DNA from: an uncultured Algimonas sp.
GTDB lineage: Bacteria > Pseudomonadota > Alphaproteobacteria > Caulobacterales > Maricaulaceae
Assembly (NCBI GenBank): GCA_964425355.1
Contig: CAYRMO010000001.1
Coordinates: 13,029 to 77,028, forward strand
DNA: 64,000 nt
Direction of reading: 5' to 3'
A program made the translations under genes and the position numbers. Every line of letters starts with the position of its first letter. The stretch's first letter is position 1. This document shows, in pieces, positions 38,940-46,375 of this stretch. Below the pieces are notes generated by a model. The model ran no database searches. It was not told where the DNA came from and saw nothing but the letters and a program-made list of their open reading frames with translations.

Positions 38940-39262
38940 TCGACTTCCCTTGTCTGTTTTAATTAGGGTCAAATGTCTCAGGTTTAAAGAGGGATAAGGC
39001 TTTATTTTGTCTGGGCGGAGGTTTTTTTTGCGACCAATATTTGGTGGAAGATCAGTTGGTCGCAATCTCGTGCTATTTGCGATAAGTTAGACGCAGAAAT
39101 TGGTCCCTATTTGCCTATTTTCCCAGTTTAGTCGGGGTTTAACTTATCTCAAAATGCGCTTGGGCTAGATTGGCGCTCTCCCGGAAGGCTTGATCATTAA
39201 TGGTTCCAACTTCGATCACCATCGTCTCGCATCTCGCATGTTTGGAAGAATTTTTTAGAGGA

Positions 39263-39742
39263 TTAGTCAATTGCCTCGGCGACTGATTCTGGATCGACTT
39301 AGACATGGCGGCGCGCCAGTCGTTCACCTAGCCAGCCGCACCATGCGGCAAGGAAGATCACAAACCCAATAGGTATCAAGTCAAAGCTTCCTAGGTATAG
39401 TGGCGAGTTTATCTTCAGTAGCTGATAAGCTTCCGTGAAAAGCGTTGGAATTGCGGCACTCATACCGGCTGCGATGATGGAGTTAAACGAGTGGGAAAAG
39501 CGGCCCTTTCGCAATAATTTCCAAATTGTTCCATCAATAACAAGGGCATAAATAGCCGCAAATGGAATGCCGATAACGGTCATAGAAAAAGCGAAGAAAA
39601 AAAATTCTCCGAGATCGTTAAACCAAAAGGTATGACGTTGAGCGAGAGATATATACGCCGATATACTGAACGGACTTGTCACCCATAGGACCAACAGACC
39701 ATAGCCATATATATGTCCGAAATGTGTGTCTCTGGTTTTCAA
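39263..39742 (-). pseudogene. Array copy C, tail truncated by in-frame TAA
   Basis: Reads WLGERLARRHV-stop-VDPESVAEAID-stop; TAA sits where paralogs have Lys. May still make a 147-aa product. Confidence 0.65.
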
Positions 39743-39836
39743 TCCACGTCCCTTTGCTCCCTCTTAAATATGTCTCCGGTTTTCTTTTTAAAAAGGATGT
39801 AAAAATTTATCTCGAGATTGAGATATGTGGCGGCTT

Positions 39837-39861
39837 GAATTGGGCGGCAGGTCGCGGGCGC
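39837..39861. repeat. Direct repeat, copy 1
   Basis: GAATTGGGCGGCAGGTCGCGgGCGC; 24/25 identical to 41411-41435. Confidence 0.85.
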
Positions 39862-39988
39862 GCGTGATACTCCAAATAAGACTAAGTCAAACGATGTAAG
39901 GCACCGGAGTGTCTCAATACTCCTTTGCCAGTCTCATCGTAATAGTTGGGGTCATTCCAGAAATTTACGACCTTCTGTTTGATTGAAT

Positions 39989-40246
39989 TTAGCCACTCCG
40001 CCTGTAATTTTCGTCCCGCAAAATTTCGAAGGGTTCACGTGAGAAGATGGCATCAAGGCCTATATTCAACTCATCTGATAGGCGTAAGGCAATATCTATC
40101 GTTGGATTGAATTGTCGACGTTCGATATATCCTATGGTCTGTGGATGAACATTTACTTTCTCTGCTAGCTCCTTGCGGGATAATCCGCGTTCAACCCTCA
40201 GCATTTGCAAACGGTTATAAAAGGGTACAATTTTCTTGTCGGCCAT
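39989..40246 (-). CDS. XRE family HTH regulator
   Basis: LRVERGLSRKELA, QTIGYIER, FNPT, DAIFS. Confidence 0.9.
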   Translation of the reverse strand: MADKKIVPFYNRLQMLRVERGLSRKELAEKVNVHPQTIGYIERRQFNPTIDIALRLSDELNIGLDAIFSREPFEILRDENYRRSG

Positions 40247-41235
40247 TATGCAGCTCCTTCTGCGGCCAGAAAGGTTTCGTCATCGTCCATATCGTCATTG
40301 GACTCTGCTGGTAATGTACAAGCGAGAATGAAACGTGGCATCAAGAACGCATAGATTATAGCAAGCGCCGCTACCGCGGTTTTTATGCTAATATCGATTT
40401 GAATAATTGCTACAATCCCAAGGATACTGATAAGGGCTAAGGTCGCTATCCGACTATCTGCATTTGCAGATTGGACAAGGTCACTTTGTCGTTCATCGGG
40501 ATTATCTCCACTAACAGGTTTTAGACAGACGCGTAGGAGTTCTTCCAACAATGTCATAAGGAGGAAGAGGCCGATGGCCAGCAATAATAACAAGATATTC
40601 GGTGACGCATATCCAGTTTCTACGCCGATATAGAGCGCCGCGCCGGCTAACAAAGTCAGCACATAAATCGTCACAATTAATCGGCGTCTCAGAGGTGTTT
40701 GAACTTTGTCCGCAAGTTTTGAGCTCAAGAGCTTATCGGTGAGTTTCGATTGAGGGGCGATTTTATTTATATTCCACAATAGGCCAGGCAAATTTTCGGC
40801 CTTGGCTCGGCGATATTCTATCGCGCCGAGGGTAAAATATATAATCCCGAGTATTGTAAACGTAATGATTTTTGCTTCTACAAATCGAGACGGCTCTCCA
40901 TCGAATAGCCAGGAAACCATGAGAACTGGAAAGAACAGAGCGCAAGATAAGAGACCATTTGCTGCGACGACACGGCCAGCTTTGCGAAACAAAAAGACCG
41001 ACAAGCCTATGCAAATCATAGAAACCGCAGCCGGAAGAGTAATCATAATAAGGTTTTCAACTCCCTCTAAATTTGTGTCTTCTATAATAAGGGCAGTCGA
41101 GACGAGGAGTACCATCATCGCAATAATGGTAAAAAAATACCCCAAAAAATAAGCTGACGAACTCCCTATCTCTGGTTTCATAGTGCTTTTTTCAGGTTTT
41201 GTAGAATGTTGATTTGGTTTTGAAATCTCTAACAC
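40246..41235 (-). CDS. Multi-pass membrane protein with DER motif (DUF2178-like)
   Basis: About 8 hydrophobic segments, PDERQ; stop overlaps the XRE start. Confidence 0.7.
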   Translation of the reverse strand: MLEISKPNQHSTKPEKSTMKPEIGSSSAYFLGYFFTIIAMMVLLVSTALIIEDTNLEGVENLIMITLPAAVSMICIGLSVFLFRKAGRVVAANGLLSCALFFPVLMVSWLFDGEPSRFVEAKIITFTILGIIYFTLGAIEYRRAKAENLPGLLWNINKIAPQSKLTDKLLSSKLADKVQTPLRRRLIVTIYVLTLLAGAALYIGVETGYASPNILLLLLAIGLFLLMTLLEELLRVCLKPVSGDNPDERQSDLVQSANADSRIATLALISILGIVAIIQIDISIKTAVAALAIIYAFLMPRFILACTLPAESNDDMDDDETFLAAEGAA

Positions 41236-41260
41236 GATTTTCTCCTTTATATATACTTTA

Positions 41261-41331
41261 ATATAGCATATATGCTACATAAATATTGAAGTCAACATTT
41301 ATATTTATACAAATGTAGCGTATATGCTACA
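41261..41331. promoter_or_regulatory. Pair of palindromic operators flanking a -35 element
   Basis: TAGCATATATGCTA (41264-41277) and TGTAGCGTATATGCTACA (41314-41331); minus-strand TTGACT at 41290-41295. Confidence 0.7.
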
Positions 41332-41410
41332 ATGTAATGTGTTATCTAGGATGTGGGCGAGCCTTGCCTAAAAACACGCTATATTTGCGAGAGATATATG
41401 TGTGCGGTTA

Positions 41411-41435
41411 GAATTGGGCGGCAGGTCGCGAGCGC
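41411..41435. repeat. Direct repeat, copy 2
   Basis: GAATTGGGCGGCAGGTCGCGaGCGC. Confidence 0.85.
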
Positions 41436-41491
41436 TAGTCATTAGAGGTATATCAAGACCTCCTTCCCGAAAACCCGAAGAGTAACAGGCG

Positions 41492-41950
41492 TTACTCAAA
41501 TGCCTCGGCGACAGTTTTGGGATCCACTTTGACATGACGGCGCGCCAGTCTTTCCCTGAGCCAGCCGCACCAAACGCCCAGGACGAATAGCAAAATAGTA
41601 GTTCGCAGAAGACCGACATCTCTTATTCCAGCGGTGACATAAAAAATGAGGGTTGGGGTGGCACCTGACACCCCGCCGGCGAACATGGCTTTAAGATTAT
41701 TGGGCAGGGTTGAGCTGGAAATTGCCGCCCAAATTATACCTCCGACAATAACTGTAATAAGCGCGGCAATTGGTAAGGCAAAAATGGTAAGAATCACGAG
41801 CGTCAAAAATGATGTCTGAACGGCCATACCGATATCGAATGGTGTGGAGATCAGTGTCGCTATGGCTGTCCAAAGCATAGTCGTTACCCAAAGCACGACC
41901 AGCCCGTAACCATATACATGTCCGAAATGCGTTTTATTGGTTTCAACCAT
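41492..41950 (-). CDS. Hypothetical 4-TM protein, array copy D
   Basis: NKTHFGHVYGYGL ... WLRERLARRHVKVDPKTVAEAFE; TGATG-coupled to upstream gene. Confidence 0.78.
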   Translation of the reverse strand: MVETNKTHFGHVYGYGLVVLWVTTMLWTAIATLISTPFDIGMAVQTSFLTLVILTIFALPIAALITVIVGGIIWAAISSSTLPNNLKAMFAGGVSGATPTLIFYVTAGIRDVGLLRTTILLFVLGVWCGWLRERLARRHVKVDPKTVAEAFE

Positions 41951-43434
41951 CAGGCAGTTCTCGTTGCGGCTAATAGGTAGTCTTTCGTTTTTACCTGTGG
42001 CCGAAGATGCTCGATCAAGGCAGGCTCAATCTCTGGGTCAAGAAACTCAAATCCATGCTCTAGGGCTTTACGCGGTAAGATAGTCTGGTCGCCCAGAAGG
42101 ATTTCCCGACCCAAACCACCAAGACATTTGATCACGGTTTTTGGGATGACCATCAGGGCCGGGCGGTAGAGGGCTTTGGCGAGGGCGCGTGTGAACCGTA
42201 GGTTGCTGACAGGCTCAGGGGCTGTTCCGTTCAGGGCGCCTTTAATGCCAGCTGTGTTGACAGCGAATTGGATCAGGCGAACGAGATCATCTCGTGTAAT
42301 CCAACTCATCATAATGTTTCCATTGCCGAATCTTGCGCCGCCGCCCAGTTCCGTCGGGATTAAGAGCTGGGCGAGCGCGGCGCCGTCACGGTCGAGGACC
42401 ATGCCGATTCTTAAGCAGACAATCCGAAAATATTTACGGGCTAGTTTTTGGGCCTCCGCTTCCCAATCCAGACATAATTTCTGGCTAAAGCTTTCGTCAT
42501 TTTTAATCGCGCTATCTTCATCCTGTGGGGCTGTTGGGTTGATTCCATAGACGCCAATCGCGCTTCCATTAATGAGGACTTCGGGTTGATGTGTAAGCCG
42601 GCCCAGAAGTTTGCCGATGTTTTTTGTCATCATTAGACGGCTACGTCTAAATTCAGCTTTTCTTGTTTTTGTCCATAAGCCATGTGCAAGGGGCTCACCG
42701 GCAAAATTGACGATCACGTCAATCTTTGTACGGGTCGGGATTTGATCAAAATCTGTAACATAGCTTATGGGAGGTGGGAGCGTTGCAGTCTCTCCGTTAC
42801 GGGTTAGCACGATGATCTCGTGACCTTGCGCTTGTAAAACCTCGATAAGACGTCGTCCGATAAATCCGGTCCCACCTGTTATGAGCCAGCGGCGCTTTTC
42901 GCCTGGCATAGCCAAGGTATTTGCAGGCCTGCGATATAGGTTTGGGATGCGAAGACTGGCGTGCCAGTCCCGTATTGCAAAAATTGTAACGGCGAGCGCG
43001 CTCAGGATAAGGAGGATACTCCAAAAACCATACCAGACCGCGTGGAGACCCGTCGGGCTTTGAGCCCAGCTCCACAGAACCGGTATGAGCAGGAATAATA
43101 AGACACCATAATTGGCGGTCATCAGCGTGTGTAGAATACGCTCTGTCGCCGGGAGTTTTCGCGTCCTGTCTTCCTCGACGAAGTCACGCAATGTTACAAA
43201 AACTTCTGCAAGCAAGAGCAGGATTAACCCGGCTGCGACGAGGCCTGTTGGTTGCCAAAATGCCAATAAGATAAAGGTCACAGCATAAGCGAAATTGCGG
43301 ATCGCATGGAGTTTCAACTCACTGGCTTGATCGGCTCTCCAGGCGAGGCGTTCGGTTAATTCATGATGATGAAGCGTATCAATGGCTCCCATCAAAATCT
43401 GAAAACTGAAACATATCCATAGCAGTAAGGTCAT
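41950..43434 (-). CDS. TIGR01777/YfcH-type NAD(P)-binding epimerase fused to an N-terminal membrane domain
   Basis: ITGGTGFIG, NFAGEP, GSAIGVYG, SWITRDD; about 160-aa TM domain at the N-terminus. Confidence 0.85.
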   Translation of the reverse strand: MTLLLWICFSFQILMGAIDTLHHHELTERLAWRADQASELKLHAIRNFAYAVTFILLAFWQPTGLVAAGLILLLLAEVFVTLRDFVEEDRTRKLPATERILHTLMTANYGVLLFLLIPVLWSWAQSPTGLHAVWYGFWSILLILSALAVTIFAIRDWHASLRIPNLYRRPANTLAMPGEKRRWLITGGTGFIGRRLIEVLQAQGHEIIVLTRNGETATLPPPISYVTDFDQIPTRTKIDVIVNFAGEPLAHGLWTKTRKAEFRRSRLMMTKNIGKLLGRLTHQPEVLINGSAIGVYGINPTAPQDEDSAIKNDESFSQKLCLDWEAEAQKLARKYFRIVCLRIGMVLDRDGAALAQLLIPTELGGGARFGNGNIMMSWITRDDLVRLIQFAVNTAGIKGALNGTAPEPVSNLRFTRALAKALYRPALMVIPKTVIKCLGGLGREILLGDQTILPRKALEHGFEFLDPEIEPALIEHLRPQVKTKDYLLAATRTA

Positions 43435-43436
43435 GG

Positions 43437-44135
43437 TCAGACCTCCATATCTGGATGGGGCGGGGTGAGGTCATCTACAAATTTTACGCGCTGATCCACC
43501 AGGGTTCCAAACCATCGATGTTTCAGACGTAGGGTAAAGGCAAACGTCCCATTACCGAGTTCCTCATGTCCCGCCCGTAATTCGTTGGGCGCTAGCCAGC
43601 GTGGGAGTTTGAGCCTAAGCCTTCCTATATCCAGGAATATATCTTCGGCTCGGAAAACAAGCTCTCCATTTTCAACACAAGGTTTCAAGCTCATCCCGAC
43701 ACCTTTGCCGATATGTTCTTCTATGCCGGTTGGACCTCTGAAATGCTTCGCGCTCTGAATGACTTGCGGGAAGGGGTGTTTTGTATCGCGCCTTCCATAT
43801 TGGCGCATCCAGATTTGACTATCATTTGGCGCCTCTGTGACGGTTACGATCGCCACTGCGCCCTCATTATTGGTATCAATGGGAAGCGGGGCGCCAATTA
43901 ATCGCATGGCATGATTTAAAAAATGTCCCCAGCGATTGACGCGATTAAACTCTACTTGCCCCCGGTAAACAATGGCATCTCCGATTGCCACGCGGCGTCC
44001 AAAACGCTGTCTGACCGCCAAAGGAAGTTTTTTCCAATCTGTCTCATTGAATAATTGTCTGAACCGCAAATCCCCGATTGGGGCCTGCGCTTTGTTCTGA
44101 CGCTCAAATTTATCTTCAAACTTAAATGCGACCAT
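43437..44135 (-). CDS. DUF4166 domain protein
   Basis: LPLAVRQRF, GAPLP, QIWMRQYG, HRWFG; usual neighbour of GbsR/TIGR01777. Confidence 0.75.
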   Translation of the reverse strand: MVAFKFEDKFERQNKAQAPIGDLRFRQLFNETDWKKLPLAVRQRFGRRVAIGDAIVYRGQVEFNRVNRWGHFLNHAMRLIGAPLPIDTNNEGAVAIVTVTEAPNDSQIWMRQYGRRDTKHPFPQVIQSAKHFRGPTGIEEHIGKGVGMSLKPCVENGELVFRAEDIFLDIGRLRLKLPRWLAPNELRAGHEELGNGTFAFTLRLKHRWFGTLVDQRVKFVDDLTPPHPDMEV

Positions 44136-44149
44136 TTTGCCGCTCCTGT

Positions 44150-44713
44150 CTACTCTTTCGTTTTACGCCCCAGGTTTAAGACTTTCACAATCGTGTCGCC
44201 CATAGCGACAAGACGTGAAAGCGTGCTCGAAGGAAGTGACGACATTTTATTATACCAGCTATCCATTTTGGTCGTGAAAACCTGCATGTCTTGCAGGCGC
44301 TGGATTTGTATATCCGTGACATTTTTATCGCCCGCCGCAAGTTCCAAACAATCATTTAGGGTCGCGAGGGCGGGATCAATCTCGCGCGCTTTGCGAACAG
44401 CTGCGATATGTTTAGCGACCAACCAAACATCTGTTTCCGCCACATAGTGATCTCGACGATCGCCGGGAATGGGATGCTTTCGAATGACTTTATAGCCGAG
44501 TAGCTCTTTCAAACTATTGCTGACATTGCTGCGCGCAACACCCAGCTGAATTTGAATATCTTCAGCATTGAGCGGGGTCTCGCTGAGATAGAGCAGGGCA
44601 TGGATTTGCGCGACTGTCCTGTTCACACCCCAAGTTCCGCCCAAATCACCCCAATGGAGGATGAAACGTTGAACGGCTTCTGGTAAAACTATTATGTCAG
44701 TAATTTCTGTCAT
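44150..44713 (-). CDS. GbsR/MarR family regulator
   Basis: FILHWGDLGGTWGVNRTVAQIHALL, ARSNVSNSLKEL, REIDP. Confidence 0.88.
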   Translation of the reverse strand: MTEITDIIVLPEAVQRFILHWGDLGGTWGVNRTVAQIHALLYLSETPLNAEDIQIQLGVARSNVSNSLKELLGYKVIRKHPIPGDRRDHYVAETDVWLVAKHIAAVRKAREIDPALATLNDCLELAAGDKNVTDIQIQRLQDMQVFTTKMDSWYNKMSSLPSSTLSRLVAMGDTIVKVLNLGRKTKE

Positions 44714-44721
44714 AACAGAAA
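44704..44721. promoter_or_regulatory. Probable autoregulatory operator over the start codon
   Basis: Palindrome TTTCTGT-CATA-ACAGAAA containing the ATG. Confidence 0.6.
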
Positions 44722-44933
44722 CATATGTAATCAATGAAGGTTTGTAAAGGGTTTTACTGAAAATTTCTGTTTGTTTTTTGAAAGCGCTATTAGAATTTTT
44801 GCTTAGACCTGCTCCATTTTGTCTCACCTGTGCCTTTTTGCGTTAAAAACAAAACCCGCTCGCGCTTTCGACACGTATCAGGTCTGATTGACACAATCGT
44901 TAGACCTCGCCGTCAACAATTTGGATTTGGAAC

Positions 44934-45626
44934 ATGACTTTCGCAAGCGATACGCCTATAGATGTCGAAATGCCTCACCAGACACGGGAGAGGGCTATGA
45001 CGACCAGACAGGGGTCGGGACGAAACCGATCAGGCTTTGCGCCATCAAAAAAATCTCTTAGCGCCGCTAAGCGGGACGCCTTATGGCTGGGTGATATTGC
45101 TGAAAAACGCGATGCACGCGCGCTTTCTGACCTTTTTGAAATCTATGGCCCAAAGCTGAAAGGCTGGCTGATTGCGCGCGGCGTTGGCAACGGCACGGCC
45201 GAAGATATTGTTCAGGATGTTATGATCAAGGTTTGGACACGGGCTGAAATGTTTGACCCAAACAAAGCCAGTTTTGCGACCTGGGTTTACCGCATGACCC
45301 GCAATAAATGGATTGATCACCAACGTAAACACAGTCGGATGGACGTCCGCGATCCAGAACTTATGAAAGTTATTGCGGATGATGAGGTTCCGTCTGCTGA
45401 AGCCAGCTATATCACCCAACAAAATACAGACATTTTACGCGAGCAGATCGCTTTGCTGACAGATGCGCAACAAATGGCCATTCAAATGGCATTTCTGGAA
45501 TTTAAAACCCATAAAGAAATTAGTGCCGAAACAGGGCTGCCGCTCGGTACTGTGAAAACGCGAATTCGCTCCGCTATTCAGGCGTTAAAAGTGAATATGT
45601 TTAAAGAAAAAGATAAAATACGATGA
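44934..45626 (+). CDS. ECF sigma factor (RpoE of RpoE-ChrR type)
   Basis: AEDIVQDVMIKVW, TWVYRMTRNKWID, LPLGTVKTRIR; overlaps chrR start; start uncertain. Confidence 0.88.
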   Translation: MTFASDTPIDVEMPHQTRERAMTTRQGSGRNRSGFAPSKKSLSAAKRDALWLGDIAEKRDARALSDLFEIYGPKLKGWLIARGVGNGTAEDIVQDVMIKVWTRAEMFDPNKASFATWVYRMTRNKWIDHQRKHSRMDVRDPELMKVIADDEVPSAEASYITQQNTDILREQIALLTDAQQMAIQMAFLEFKTHKEISAETGLPLGTVKTRIRSAIQALKVNMFKEKDKIR

Positions 45627-46321
45627 GTATTCTAGCTCACACCCCACTCTCCGATATTCATGTTCCAATGTCAGATATTGAGACGGCCGTTACAGAATAT
45701 GCTGCAGGCAATCTGAGCCCCGCTAAACATGCGTTTATGTCCTGTGCGATAGGGATAAATCCCGAATTGGCCGAATTTGAAGCGCTAAACACATCTGTAG
45801 CCGCATGCTTGATTGATGACGTTAAGCCTGTCTCTTTGTCACCGCTCTTTATCGGTAAAGTTCTCGAAACCCTGTCTTTTGACCATCCCCGTAATGCCGC
45901 CAATGACCATAACCCAAAGCGCAAGGCTGTGACATCTCCCCTCGCGCAGGCATTAAGAGCAAAGGTCGAAATAGAAGGTATATCCTGGAAATCTCTTATC
46001 CCAGGTATCGCTGTTCACGACGTGTTGGGTAACCGCAAAACGAAAAATGGCGAGCGCCTTTACCTGCTCAAAGCTAAAGGTGGAATGCGAATGCCCGAAC
46101 ATACGCATCAAGGTGAAGAATGGGCCCTTATTCTATCGGGCGGTTATAGCGTTGACGGTAAAACATATCGGCGTGGCGACTTACATTTCGAAAATGAAGA
46201 AAGCAGCCACTCGCCAGCAATTTGTGAAGGTGAGGATTGTATTTGCCTGATCATGATCGAAGCCCCTTTGGTGATGAAAGGGTGGCTTCCCAAATTAGTC
46301 CAAAAGGTCGTCGGGATTTAA
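45623..46321 (+). CDS. chrR: ChrR-family anti-sigma factor (cupin)
   Basis: YAAGNL, PEHTHQGEE, GD...HSP, DCICL. Confidence 0.82.
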   Translation: MSILAHTPLSDIHVPMSDIETAVTEYAAGNLSPAKHAFMSCAIGINPELAEFEALNTSVAACLIDDVKPVSLSPLFIGKVLETLSFDHPRNAANDHNPKRKAVTSPLAQALRAKVEIEGISWKSLIPGIAVHDVLGNRKTKNGERLYLLKAKGGMRMPEHTHQGEEWALILSGGYSVDGKTYRRGDLHFENEESSHSPAICEGEDCICLIMIEAPLVMKGWLPKLVQKVVGI

Positions 46322-46326
46322 TATCG

Positions 46327-46353
46327 TTGAGGCGCTTGTAATGCCTCGATTTT
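46327..46353 (+). terminator. Possible terminator between convergent genes
   Basis: TTGAGGCG-N7-TGCCTCGA then TTTT. Confidence 0.4.
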
Positions 46354-46375
46354 ATGTTTGGCCTGGGCGAACAGG

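Noticed and set aside
39022-39029. T8 tract as a phase-variation switch for copy B
   Set aside because: Lies upstream of the likely ATG at 38939; short homopolymers are common in this AT-rich stretch
39891-39940. c-di-GMP-I riboswitch (GGCAAA-stem on minus strand)
   Set aside because: No GNRA-capped stem followed by GACGCAAA and no second hairpin
37984-41950. Integron cassette array or diversity-generating retroelement
   Set aside because: No attC-type RYYYAAC...GTTRRRY ends found, no integrase or reverse transcriptase, and differences are not adenine-specific
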